DNA of 64,000 bases, from the NCBI GenBank assembly GCA_965199955.1, contig CBDATQ010000002.1, positions 672,001-736,000 on the forward strand, given 5' to 3'. The notes beneath the pieces are model-generated. The model saw nothing but the letters and a program-made list of their open reading frames with translations. It had not been told where the DNA came from and did no database searches. The stretch is from Spirochaetia bacterium. Its GTDB lineage: Bacteria; Spirochaetota; Spirochaetia; SZUA-6; Bin103. The first letter of the stretch is position 1; every line of letters begins with the position of its first letter. Below, one piece after another: positions 50,438 through 60,544 of the stretch. The position numbers and the translations under genes are program-made.

Positions 50438-50974
50438 TCACTCGGCGCTTCCGGGCCGCCAGAGGCGAGCGCGGTCGAGGAAAACCTTGGGGGCGTCGAT
50501 CCAGTCGGAGTAGCCGATGCGGCCCTCATCGGTAAGCCAGTCGATCTTGGCCCCGATGCAGTCGGCCAGCTCCTGCTCGTCGGCGGAGAGCGTGAAGCCA
50601 CCGAGCTCGATCGCCGAGTCGAGCGCCGTGACCGTGAAGTCGCCGCCCGATGCGTCCGCCGCGTAGCGGTTGCCGACAACTCCTCGCACGAGTGCATCGA
50701 TCTCGCCGGTGCGCCAGATCCCGTCCCACTCCGCGATTCCGCGCCGCTCGAATGAGATGCCAGCGCCGTCCATCGCCTCGAGTGCGGTCAGCAGATCCGC
50801 TTCGTAACCTCGGTGCATGTCGAAACCGGCGCTCCCCGGCTCCCGGTTGGCGCTGTAGCTGACCGGCGAGAAATGGGCATAGAAACCCGCCCGCAGGACA
50901 CGCATCGAACAAGCCTCCGCCGATGCGCTCGTCGGCGTCGCCAGAGCCGCTGTCGACAGGGCCACCGCCGCCAC
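50438..50974 (-). pseudogene. Family-3-like substrate-binding protein with large internal deletion
   Basis: Signal-like start, GFYAHFSPVSY, GYEADLL, then WDGIW joined directly to GEIDALVRG. At 178 aa it is too short for a two-lobed SBP. Confidence 0.55.
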
Positions 50975-51257
50975 GAGCGGCAGCCGGGCGAGGCCGGTCA
51001 GTGGAGTCCGTGCGTGTTCAACGGGTCCTCCTCATGCCGGCATCCCGGGCTGCCGGCTCCCACGGCGCTCCGTATGACCAGGAAGCACGCATGACAGGAT
51101 CGTTACCTCCGGCTTCGGTGCTTGAAAAGATCCGGGTGCCGATCCCGTGCTGCCTGTTGGCAGACATCGCCGTCTGGTATCCTCGTTGGCAGAAGTTGGG
51201 GATGACACGGGAACGGAGCGAGCCGGAAGTCGTCATCTCGCCGGCAGCGTCCGTCTG

Positions 51258-54200
51258 ATGGCGACCGATGCCGCGCTGAGGTGGTCGATCGGGTCCGCCC
51301 GCGACACGGGCGCGGCTGCGGGCATCGAGCTGGTCGCCAGCATCGACATCCGCCAGAACCGCTACCGGGGATGGAATCCGGTGGCCGGCGCATGGGATCC
51401 GGGTTCGGCGCCGTTCAACGTCCACCAGACGGGCCAGGTGCGCCCCAACGGGACGGCGTTCGGGATGGCGCCGGCGTGCGGGGCGTTCCCGGGGCAGGAA
51501 CCGGTCACCGGATTCCAGGGGCGGCGGCTGGTCAACAGCAAGAACCGCAACCTGGGCTCGCTGATCGGGGAGTTGCAGTCGGAGGTGTTCACGATCGCCG
51601 GCCACGGCATCGACTTCCTGATCGGCGGCGGCGACTTCGCGGACGTCACCTGCCTCAACCTGTACGTGCATGGCGCCGCGGGGTGGGAGCGGGCGCGCAC
51701 CGCGACCGGCGAGCGCAACCTGGAGCTGGTGCGGCGCGGCTGGGACGTGGCCGAGTTCCGCGGCCGGCAGGCCTACCTGCAGATCCTGGATTACGCGCCC
51801 GTGGAGCCGTGGGGGTGGCACGCCGCGCCGCGCTACCCGGAGGATGACTGGGGCTTCATCCTGGTGGACGACATCCGCCAGACCGACGGGGCCGCCGATC
51901 CCAGCCGCGTCGACGAAGCCGGCGACCGCGCGCGCAACTTCGACTTCGAGACCCTGCTTCCGGAGCGCTTCACGGTTGCCGCCGCTCATGATGCGAGCGG
52001 TGCCGGCGGGGTCTTCGAGATTCGGGATCGCGAGCGCGGCGGGGCGGTGGGCGCCCTGTACTGCAACGCCGCGGTCGAGCGGTGCGCCCCTGATCTGTGC
52101 AAGGTGTCCGTGACCTGGCGCTACCGCGGCCCGACGCTGAGCGGCGTCAAGCTGCGCCTCACCAGCCGGCTGCCGATCGCGGCCGGCGCCGCGCGCCACA
52201 CCCTGCACCCCGGGCTGCTGTATGACGGCAACCCCACCGCCGAGGCGTGCCACTACCTGGGCGAGGACTTCCCGGAGGCCGCCTCCACCGTGCCCGCCGG
52301 GTTCAGCGTCGAGGACGCGGAGCGGGTCTGTGCCGGCTGGGTGGCGCCCCAACAGCGGGCCGACGACCTCACGGCCAGCGTGCGCCTGCAGGTGGACCCG
52401 GAGTCGGGCCGCTACGAAGCCGTCCACCAGCTTCCGGAGTCGGCCGTCTTCGGCCGCCGGCTGCTGCTGGACAGCGACGCACGGCTCACCCTGGACGACG
52501 GCGACTGCCACGCCAAGACGCTCTACCTGTTCAACGCCGACCGCCGGCCGGGACCGGTGTACCGGCCGGGCTACTGCGGTGCGATGTCGGCGGCGTGGCG
52601 GCAGCTCTACCCGGTCTCGCCGACCAATCCGCCACACACGCTGCGCGAAGACTACGAGATGCGCCTGCGCACCACGCTCGACGACCACGGGCTGATCCAG
52701 GAGATTGCCCGCGGCGGTCGCACGTACCGCGTGTTCTACGTCGGGCGCTGGGTGTACGGCGACGCGCCGACCGGCGGCGGGCGGTTCCTTCCCAAGGAGT
52801 ACTTCCACCGGTTCGTCGGCTTCTCCTGGTCCGGCATGGCCGGGCTGGTGGCGCACGCCGCGCTCGATCACGGCCTGCAGCACGGCGACGACGACGCGGT
52901 GCGGGCCGCCGTCGACACCATGGACTTCTTCGCCGAGCACGGGATGTCGCCGCTGGGCATCCTGTATCCTACCTACCACGAGGACCACGCCGGACTGGTC
53001 GACACCTTCGGCACCTACTATGACCCAGGCCGCATCGACATGGGGCCGCTGGGCGAGGGACTGTACTGGTACCTGCGCTGCGCCGAACGGATGCGGAGCC
53101 AGGGCAGCGAACCGCCGGCGAGCTGGGAAGCGGCGGTTCGCAGCTCCCTGGACCACATCATGGAGCTCTTTCCCGACGGCGACGTGCCGGGCCGCATCGA
53201 CGGCACGAGCGGCGAGCCCGCCGCCCGCCGCATCCAGCTTCTCTACTGGGAGCGCTCGCGGTGGACGGAGCGTCAGAGCCGACCCGCCGACATCGTGTTC
53301 GCCAGGCCGAGCGAGCGGGGAGCCACCAACTTCATCTACCTGATCTGGGCCTACGTGCGCGCCGCCCGCGACCTCGGCGAGCAGCGCTACCTGGAGTACG
53401 CCGTGGCGCTGGGCGAGCTGGCGTTGCAGGTGATGGAGCGGTTCACCGTGTTCGCCGGCTCCGAGATGGACTTCTACAACATCGACAAGCGTCAGGGACA
53501 CGCGCTGCTGGCCGCCCACAATGACCTGTACGACGCCACCGGAGAACGGCGCTGGCTCGCGGCGGCGGAAGTCGCGGCGAGCTGGTTCGCCACTTGGCAG
53601 TACCACTTCAACGCCTGCACCGACGGGCTCGGCGACCTGCCGCTCGGCCGCTGGGACTACCGCACGGTGGGCGGCACCACGGTCGACATCAAGTACTCGA
53701 CCAACAACCTCGTTTATGCCCAAGGCGCCACCGAATTCCTGCGGCTGTGGCGCCACACCGGCGATGCGGAGTGGTTCGAACGTGCCCGCGCCCTGCTGCA
53801 CCAGGGCGTGCAGAGCTCCCTGACCGAAGAGAAGCGCCTCTGGCTCAACGCCCACTACCAGTCCGAGGCACGGGTGCCGGCGCAGCACGCGTTCAACCCG
53901 GACACGCAGTTCGACGCTGCGTGCCTGGGCGGAGGCACCGAGGACGTGCTGCCGGCGTGGCCCTATGGCGGCAACTGGACGACCAAGTACGGCGCCATCC
54001 TGAGCATGTACATGCTGGCCGAAGCGCTCGACGTCGATCCGATCCTGGCGCGCTACGGTGGCATCACCTACCGCCTTGCGGACGCGCCGGAGGACGATTG
54101 GGTAGGCGCGCTGGAGACGCTCGATGGCGTGCGCGCATGGCGATCGGGCGGCGCGGTCACCATCGCGGCGCGCAACATGGTCCCGGCCGACGCCCGCTAC

Positions 54201-54332
54201 ACCGCCCGGGTCCTGGACGCGGACGGCAGCCCCGTGGCGGACGCTGCCGCCGACTTCGGAGCCGGCGGCGAGGGGCTCATCCGGGTACCGCTGCCCGCGC
54301 AGCGCCGCTACCGACGCTCACCGAGCGCATGA
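51258..54332 (+). CDS. Large uncharacterised CAZyme-like protein (N-terminal beta module + helical barrel)
   Basis: GELQSEVFTI..IDFLIGGG..TATG..WDV.E..G..A.LQILD..WGFILVDDI module. C-terminal helical-hairpin motifs GEQRYLEYA, LYDATGERRWL, TGDAEWFERA. Confidence 0.8.
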   Translation: MATDAALRWSIGSARDTGAAAGIELVASIDIRQNRYRGWNPVAGAWDPGSAPFNVHQTGQVRPNGTAFGMAPACGAFPGQEPVTGFQGRRLVNSKNRNLGSLIGELQSEVFTIAGHGIDFLIGGGDFADVTCLNLYVHGAAGWERARTATGERNLELVRRGWDVAEFRGRQAYLQILDYAPVEPWGWHAAPRYPEDDWGFILVDDIRQTDGAADPSRVDEAGDRARNFDFETLLPERFTVAAAHDASGAGGVFEIRDRERGGAVGALYCNAAVERCAPDLCKVSVTWRYRGPTLSGVKLRLTSRLPIAAGAARHTLHPGLLYDGNPTAEACHYLGEDFPEAASTVPAGFSVEDAERVCAGWVAPQQRADDLTASVRLQVDPESGRYEAVHQLPESAVFGRRLLLDSDARLTLDDGDCHAKTLYLFNADRRPGPVYRPGYCGAMSAAWRQLYPVSPTNPPHTLREDYEMRLRTTLDDHGLIQEIARGGRTYRVFYVGRWVYGDAPTGGGRFLPKEYFHRFVGFSWSGMAGLVAHAALDHGLQHGDDDAVRAAVDTMDFFAEHGMSPLGILYPTYHEDHAGLVDTFGTYYDPGRIDMGPLGEGLYWYLRCAERMRSQGSEPPASWEAAVRSSLDHIMELFPDGDVPGRIDGTSGEPAARRIQLLYWERSRWTERQSRPADIVFARPSERGATNFIYLIWAYVRAARDLGEQRYLEYAVALGELALQVMERFTVFAGSEMDFYNIDKRQGHALLAAHNDLYDATGERRWLAAAEVAASWFATWQYHFNACTDGLGDLPLGRWDYRTVGGTTVDIKYSTNNLVYAQGATEFLRLWRHTGDAEWFERARALLHQGVQSSLTEEKRLWLNAHYQSEARVPAQHAFNPDTQFDAACLGGGTEDVLPAWPYGGNWTTKYGAILSMYMLAEALDVDPILARYGGITYRLADAPEDDWVGALETLDGVRAWRSGGAVTIAARNMVPADARYTARVLDADGSPVADAAADFGAGGEGLIRVPLPAQRRYRRSPSA

Positions 54333-54375
54333 TAGGATCGGCCGGCATAGCACAGACACCGATGGAGGAAACGCT

Positions 54376-56241
54376 GTGAATCGAGTTCTGACCATCCTCG
54401 CGCTGTTCGTGGCCTGCACGGCAGTGACATTCGCCCAATATCAGGAGGCGCCGATGCTGGCGGAGCGCGTGGCCTCCGGCGACCTGCCGGCAATCGACGA
54501 GCGGCTCCCCGACGAGCCGCTGGTGCTCACGCTGGAGCGCAGCGCCGCCCCCGACGGCATGCTCGACGAGCTCGAGATCGGGTCCTACGGCGGCGACGTG
54601 CGCCTCATCAACCTGGCGCCGAACTTCGCGCCCGAAATGTACTTCATGACTATCGAGACGCTGCTGGCGCGGCCGGGCTGGATCAGCATGGGGCATCCGC
54701 TCACCGGCAACATCTACGAGAGCTACGAGATCAGCCCGGATGGGACCACGTTCACGTTCCAGTTGCGCCGCGGCCTGCGCTGGTCGGACGGCGAACCGGT
54801 GACGACCGGGGACGTGGTGTTCCACTACGAGAACATCCTGCACAACGAGCAGCTCACCCCGAACATCGGCTGGCAGTTCCGCTCGAAGCTCCTGCCCACC
54901 GGCGACGTCTACGAGCTGGAGGTGATCGACGACTACTCGTATCGGATCACGTTCTCCGAGTCCACGCCCGGCTTCCTCGACGAGATCAACAAGCCGTGGA
55001 TGGACTACACGGGCTTCCTGCAGCCCAGGCACTACCTGTCGCAGTTCCACGCCGACTTCGCTGACGCCGAGGAGCTGGCCGCCAAGGTGGCCGCCGCCGA
55101 CCTGCTGGCCGACGAGTGGTGGCGCCTGTTCCAGCTCAAGATGCTCACGCCGTGGGAGGGGAAGACCCCGGACGTGGTGGACATCCCCGTGCTGCACCCG
55201 TGGGTGGTGGTCTCGACCTCGCCCACGCAGACCGTGTTCGAGCGCAACCCCTACTACTTCAAGGTGGACGCCGCTGGCAACCAGCTTCCCTACATCGACC
55301 GCATCGTCAGCACCAAGGTGGAAGGCCCCGAGGGCGCCAGCCTGAAGATCATCGCCGGCGAGGTGGACTTGGCCGACGAGCTGGCGAAGATCTCGTCGCT
55401 GCCGATCTATCGTGAGAACGAGTCCAACGGATACCGCGCGGTCACTTCCGGTGTCGCCTACAACCCGGTCGTGCACGCTTTCAACTTCGCGCTCGATGAT
55501 CCGGTCTGGCGGCAGGTCGCAGGCGACCTGCGCTTCCGGCAGGCGCTGAACCTGGCCATCAACCGCGACGAGATCATCGACGCCGTGTACTACGGCTTCG
55601 CCTCGCCGCCGGAGTGGGTCCCCGCGACCTACGATCCCGATGAGGCGGGGCGGCTGCTGGACGCCGTGGGGCTGGACAGGCGGGACAGCGACGGCTGGCG
55701 GCTGGGACCCGACGGGGAGCGTTTCGAGATCAATCTGGAGGTGACCGCGCACCTGCCGGACACGGTGCCTGCCAACGAGCTGATCGCCGAGCACTACCGT
55801 GCGGTCGGCCTGTACACCACGCTGGAGGTGGTCGAGATCGGCCTGTTCATCGAGCGGCGCAACGCCAACCAGTACCAGATCGACACGCTGTGGAACGAAG
55901 CGACCACGCTGCACGCCTTCGGCCACGCCAAGCACCACCTGATCGGCCACATCCCGCCGTGGGGGCAGTGGTACAACTCGGGCGGGGAGCAGGGTGAGGA
56001 GCCGCCGGCCTGGTTCCAGGAGCTGTACGACCTGGGCCTGGGCATCGGCCCTGGCATCCCGTGGGATCAGGAGGTCGTGGACCGGTACCAGCAGACGTTC
56101 TACGATACGATTCCGCAGATCAACGTCACCTACAATCCGTCGACGGTTCTGATCGTCGATCAGGATCTGCGCAACGTCTTCACCGATGGCGTGGCGCAGT
56201 GGGTGATCTACAGTTCGGAGCAGCTCTATTACGAGCGTTGA
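54376..56241 (+). CDS. ABC transporter substrate-binding protein, family 5
   Basis: RBS GGAGGA, signal peptide, LRRGLRWSDGEP, ERNPYYFKVDAAGNQLPYID. Confidence 0.92.
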   Translation: MNRVLTILALFVACTAVTFAQYQEAPMLAERVASGDLPAIDERLPDEPLVLTLERSAAPDGMLDELEIGSYGGDVRLINLAPNFAPEMYFMTIETLLARPGWISMGHPLTGNIYESYEISPDGTTFTFQLRRGLRWSDGEPVTTGDVVFHYENILHNEQLTPNIGWQFRSKLLPTGDVYELEVIDDYSYRITFSESTPGFLDEINKPWMDYTGFLQPRHYLSQFHADFADAEELAAKVAAADLLADEWWRLFQLKMLTPWEGKTPDVVDIPVLHPWVVVSTSPTQTVFERNPYYFKVDAAGNQLPYIDRIVSTKVEGPEGASLKIIAGEVDLADELAKISSLPIYRENESNGYRAVTSGVAYNPVVHAFNFALDDPVWRQVAGDLRFRQALNLAINRDEIIDAVYYGFASPPEWVPATYDPDEAGRLLDAVGLDRRDSDGWRLGPDGERFEINLEVTAHLPDTVPANELIAEHYRAVGLYTTLEVVEIGLFIERRNANQYQIDTLWNEATTLHAFGHAKHHLIGHIPPWGQWYNSGGEQGEEPPAWFQELYDLGLGIGPGIPWDQEVVDRYQQTFYDTIPQINVTYNPSTVLIVDQDLRNVFTDGVAQWVIYSSEQLYYER

Positions 56242-56288
56242 CCTGGCCGTAGCGGCATCGGCCTGCCGGCGCTGAGCCCGGTGGGCCG

Positions 56289-57287
56289 ATGCTTCGATAC
56301 ATCGTGCGACGGGTGGCGGCCTTCGTGCCGTTGCTGTTGCTCCTCTCGGCGGTGAGCTTCACGATCATCGAGCTCCCGCCGGGAGATTATCTCACCTCGT
56401 ACATGCTGCGACTGGAGCTCCAGGGGAGCCGGATCACCGACGACCAGGTCGCGAATCTCTCCGCGTACTACGGGCTGGACCAGCCGATCTTCACGCGCTA
56501 TCTGCTCTGGCTGCGCAACATCGTGTTCCGTGGCAACCTCGGCTGGTCCTTCGCCCATGACCGGCCGGTGTCCGTCGTGATCGGGGAGCGGCTCGGGCTC
56601 ACCCTGGTGGTGACCGTTTCAACGCTGATCTTCACCTACGTGGCGGCGGTCCCGATCGGCGTGTACTCGGCGGTGCGGCAGTATTCCTTCTTCGACTACT
56701 TCTGGACCTTCTGGGGATTCGTGGGGCTGGCGATCCCGAACTTCCTGTTCGCGCTGGTGCTCCTGTGGATCGCGTTCCGCTACTTCGGCGTCGCGATCAC
56801 GGGGCTGTTCGCGCCCGAGTTTGTCGACGCTCCCTGGAGCCTGGCGCGGGTGTGGAGCATGCTGCAGCGGCTCTGGGCGCCGGTGGTGGTCGTGGGCACC
56901 GCGGGGATGGCGGGCCTGATCCGCGTCATGCGCGGCACCCTGCTGGACGAGTTGCGCAAACAGTACGTGGTGACCGCGCGCGCCAAGGGCGTCGGCGAAG
57001 GGCGCCTGCTGTTCAAATATCCGGTGCGGATCGCCGTCAACCCGATCATCAGCGGCATCGGCTGGCTGCTGCCCGCCATCATCTCCGGCGCCACCATCAC
57101 GTCCATCGTGCTCAACCTGCCGACCACCGGCCCGGTGCTGCTGGGGGCGCTGCTGGCTCAGGACATGTACCTGGCGGGCAGTTTCGTGATGATCCTCAGC
57201 ATCCTGGTGCTGGTGGGAAACCTGATCTCGGACATCGTCCTGGCGTGGGTCGATCCGCGCATCCGTTTCGCCCGCATCGAGTCGTGA
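56289..57287 (+). CDS. ABC permease (OppB/DppB-like)
   Basis: ELPPGD, YVVTARAKG, VDPRIR. Confidence 0.92.
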   Translation: MLRYIVRRVAAFVPLLLLLSAVSFTIIELPPGDYLTSYMLRLELQGSRITDDQVANLSAYYGLDQPIFTRYLLWLRNIVFRGNLGWSFAHDRPVSVVIGERLGLTLVVTVSTLIFTYVAAVPIGVYSAVRQYSFFDYFWTFWGFVGLAIPNFLFALVLLWIAFRYFGVAITGLFAPEFVDAPWSLARVWSMLQRLWAPVVVVGTAGMAGLIRVMRGTLLDELRKQYVVTARAKGVGEGRLLFKYPVRIAVNPIISGIGWLLPAIISGATITSIVLNLPTTGPVLLGALLAQDMYLAGSFVMILSILVLVGNLISDIVLAWVDPRIRFARIES

Positions 57288-58396
57288 AGCAGCGCACGCG
57301 CACCGACGACGAGAGCTACTTCGTCGCGTCGCAGTGGCGGATGATGTGGTGGAAGTTCCGCCGCCACCGGCTGGCCGTGGTTGCCGGTCCGGCGCTGGCC
57401 CTCATCTACCTGCTGGCGCTGTTCGCGGACTTCGTGGCGCCGTACGGGGTGACCACCCGCTTTCCCGGCTACCTTAACGCGCCACCCAATCTGATCCGAT
57501 TCGGAGGCGGCGGCGAGGAGAGGGCGTCGGGAGCCTTCGTGTACGGACTGAAGATGGAGCGCCACCCGTACACGATGCGCAAGATCTACCAGCTCGACCG
57601 GGAGCTGCGGTATCCGGTGCGCTTTCTCGGGGCCGGGGAGGAGTACCGCTTCCTGGGGCTGTTCAAGGCCAGCGGCCACCTGTTCGTGCCGGCGTCGGCG
57701 GATGCGCCCCTGTTCCTGTTCGGCACCGACCGGCTGGGACGCGACCTGTTTTCGCGTGTGCTGCACGCGGCGCGGATCTCCCTTTCCATCGGCTTGGTGG
57801 GCGTGCTGCTCAGCACTGTTCTGGGCGTGCTGCTCGGCGGTCTGGCCGGCTACTTCGGAGGCATCGTCGACCGCGTGGTGATGCGGCTGGTGGACCTGCT
57901 GTCTTCCATTCCGACCATACCGCTGTGGATGGGGCTGGCCGCGGCCGTACCGCGTGACTGGTCGGTGGTGACGACCTACTTCGCCATCACGCTGATCCTG
58001 TCGCTGGTAGGCTGGACCGGGCTGGCGCGCGCGGTGCGCGGTCGCTTCCTGTCGCTGCGGGTGGAGGACTTCGTGATGGCCGCGGTGGTATCGGCTGTGC
58101 GCGAGCGCACCATCATCTTCGGCCACCTGCTGCCGTCGTTCCTGAGCTACATCATCGTGTCGCTGACGCTGGCGATTCCGGCGGTGATCCTGGGGGAGAC
58201 GGCGCTGAGCTTTCTGGGCCTCGGCATCCAGCCGCCGGCGGTGAGCTGGGGCACGCTGCTGCAGGACGCCCAGAACTTCCAGGCGGTGGCCAGTCAGCCG
58301 TGGCTGCTGATCCCCTGCATCTTCGTGATAGTCACGGTGCTGCTCTACAACTTCCTCGGCGATGGCCTGCGCGACGCTGCCGACCCCTATTCCTGA
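57284..58396 (+). CDS. ABC permease (OppC/DppC-like)
   Basis: GTGA overlap; GTDRLGRDLFSR, ETALSFLGLG, GDGLRDAADP. Confidence 0.92.
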   Translation: MKQRTRTDDESYFVASQWRMMWWKFRRHRLAVVAGPALALIYLLALFADFVAPYGVTTRFPGYLNAPPNLIRFGGGGEERASGAFVYGLKMERHPYTMRKIYQLDRELRYPVRFLGAGEEYRFLGLFKASGHLFVPASADAPLFLFGTDRLGRDLFSRVLHAARISLSIGLVGVLLSTVLGVLLGGLAGYFGGIVDRVVMRLVDLLSSIPTIPLWMGLAAAVPRDWSVVTTYFAITLILSLVGWTGLARAVRGRFLSLRVEDFVMAAVVSAVRERTIIFGHLLPSFLSYIIVSLTLAIPAVILGETALSFLGLGIQPPAVSWGTLLQDAQNFQAVASQPWLLIPCIFVIVTVLLYNFLGDGLRDAADPYS

Positions 58397-58438
58397 ACAG
58401 CAGCGCGTCCCGGGCCGCTCTCGTTCCGCCGCGAATCG

Positions 58439-60529
58439 TCAGGCTTCGTAGAACCCGCTGCCTGCCTTCGCGACCTGCTGCAGCCGCTCCGACGGCGCGA
58501 AGCGCTCGCCGTGGCGTCCGCGCAGCTCTTCCAGCAGGGCGACGATCCGATCCGGGCCGTGGTCGTCGGCGTGCGCCAGGATGCCCCCGCGGTCCTGTGG
58601 GAAGCCGGTGCCCAGGATCATGGTCATGTCCAGCGGCATGGGCTCGGTGACGATGCCCTCCTCCAGGCAGCGGCTCGCCTCGTTGGCCATCAGCGCCAGG
58701 CAGCGGTGCAGGTCGTCTACGGAGGCCGGGCGTCGGTCGCCGGGACGACGCAGCGCGGCGGCGTCCGGATTGGGGTGCGCGTCGCCGGCGTAGACGTAGA
58801 ATCCCGCCCCGCTCTTGCGGCCGAGCATGCCCGCCTCGGCCAGCGCGCGGGCCGGCGCCGGGCACCGGTAGCGGTCGCCGAACGAGCGCTCCAGCGAGTC
58901 GGCGATCTTCACGGTCACGTCGATGCCGATCTCGTCCATGAGCCGGTATGGCCCCATCGGCAGGCCGAAATCCAGGGCGAAGCGGTCCAGGCTTTCGAGG
59001 TCGTCGATTCCGTCGCTGTCATGCGCCAGGTGGAGCGCTTCCAGGAGGTAGGGGAACAGAACGCGGTTGGACACGAACCCCGGACGGCCGCCGACCACGA
59101 TCGGCGTCTTGCCCAGGTTGCGGGCGAGGGCAACGGCGGTCGCCAGCACCGCGTCCGTGGTCGCCGGCGCGCGCGCGATCTCCACCAACGGCATGCGGTT
59201 GACGGGATTGAAGAAGTGCACGGCGACGAACCGTTCCGGGCGCTCCAGCACGCCGGCCAGTTCGTCGATCGGAAGCGACGAGGTGTTGGTGGCGATGACG
59301 GCATCGGTGTCGACCAGCCCCTCCATCTCCCGCAGCACCCGTTTCTTGAGATCGAGGTCCTCGGTCGCCGCCTCGATCACCAAGTCCGCGCCGGCCAAGG
59401 CCGCCGGGTCGGTGGCCGGCTTGATGCGGGCGAGCTTCGCTTCCACATCCTCGGCGGTCACGCGGCCGCGTTTAAGCGGGTAATCGTACATCGCGCGGGC
59501 CGCGGTCATGCCGCGTTCCGCGCGACCCTGGTCGACGTCGCGCATGACGACCGGCAGGCCGGAATCGCAAAGCGCCCAGGCGATGCCGGCCCCCATGGTG
59601 CCGGCGCCCAGCACCGCCGGCCGCTCGACCGGCAGCGGGGCGGCGGAGAGCCCCCAGCGCTCCTTCCGCAGCCGATCGCGGTTGAAGAACATGCGCATCA
59701 GGTTGCGCCCGGCGCGGCTGCGCACCCGGTCGACGAAGGCGGCCCGCTCCACGTCCAGGCCGGCCGCCATCGCCGTCCCGGCCGCGCCGACGACGACCTT
59801 CAGCGCGGCCAGCGGCGCCTCGTCGTGCAGCGGCCCGCGGCGGACGAGGCGCCGTGCCGCTTCGGCCTGCTCCTCGCCGACCGCCGGAGCCGGCATGCGC
59901 AGATCAGGTCCGTCGGGCGCGGGCGCTGCTGCCAGCAGCTCGTCCAGGGCCCGGTCCAGGTCCTCCCGCGCCGCGCAGGCGGTCGCCAGCCCCAGCTCCA
60001 CGGCGCGCGGTCCGTCCACGGGGCGGCCGCTGCAGATCATCGGCAAGGCATGCGCTACCCCCACCAGCCGCGGCAGCCGCTGCGTGCCGCCCCAGCCGGG
60101 GATCAGTCCCAGCGTCACCTCCGGCAGGCCCAGCGCACAGCGGCGGTCGTCGGAGACCAGCCGCCAAGTGGTCGTCATGGCGAACTCCAGCCCGCCGCCC
60201 AGGCAGGCTCCGTCGATCACGCTGACCGTCGGCACGCGCAGGGCCTGCAGCCGGTTGAACAGGTGCTGTCCGCGGCCGATGAAGGCGTCCGCGACCTCGG
60301 GCCGGATGAGCGTTCGCAGCTCGCCGATGTCGGCGCCGGCGATGAAGCAGCCTGGCTTGGCGCTGCGGAACACCACCGCGCGGATGTCGAGGTCGACTGC
60401 GATGTCGTCGAGCAGGCGTTCCAGCTCGTCCAGCACCGGGGTCGACAGGGTGTTCACCTTCGATCCCGGCTGGTCGAAGAGCACCTCTAGGCGCCCGCCG
60501 GGCTGCCGTTGCGTGGTGATGGTCGTCAT
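58439..60529 (-). CDS. fadJ: Fatty-acid oxidation multifunctional enzyme (enoyl-CoA hydratase/3-hydroxyacyl-CoA dehydrogenase), FadJ-like
   Basis: FIAGADI, CLGGGLE, LPEVTLGLIPGWGGTQRLPR, VLGAGTMG, TNTSS, HFFNP, PMGP. Confidence 0.9.
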   Translation of the reverse strand: MTTITTQRQPGGRLEVLFDQPGSKVNTLSTPVLDELERLLDDIAVDLDIRAVVFRSAKPGCFIAGADIGELRTLIRPEVADAFIGRGQHLFNRLQALRVPTVSVIDGACLGGGLEFAMTTTWRLVSDDRRCALGLPEVTLGLIPGWGGTQRLPRLVGVAHALPMICSGRPVDGPRAVELGLATACAAREDLDRALDELLAAAPAPDGPDLRMPAPAVGEEQAEAARRLVRRGPLHDEAPLAALKVVVGAAGTAMAAGLDVERAAFVDRVRSRAGRNLMRMFFNRDRLRKERWGLSAAPLPVERPAVLGAGTMGAGIAWALCDSGLPVVMRDVDQGRAERGMTAARAMYDYPLKRGRVTAEDVEAKLARIKPATDPAALAGADLVIEAATEDLDLKKRVLREMEGLVDTDAVIATNTSSLPIDELAGVLERPERFVAVHFFNPVNRMPLVEIARAPATTDAVLATAVALARNLGKTPIVVGGRPGFVSNRVLFPYLLEALHLAHDSDGIDDLESLDRFALDFGLPMGPYRLMDEIGIDVTVKIADSLERSFGDRYRCPAPARALAEAGMLGRKSGAGFYVYAGDAHPNPDAAALRRPGDRRPASVDDLHRCLALMANEASRCLEEGIVTEPMPLDMTMILGTGFPQDRGGILAHADDHGPDRIVALLEELRGRHGERFAPSERLQQVAKAGSGFYEA

Positions 60530-60544
60530 GGCGGTTGGTCGAAG

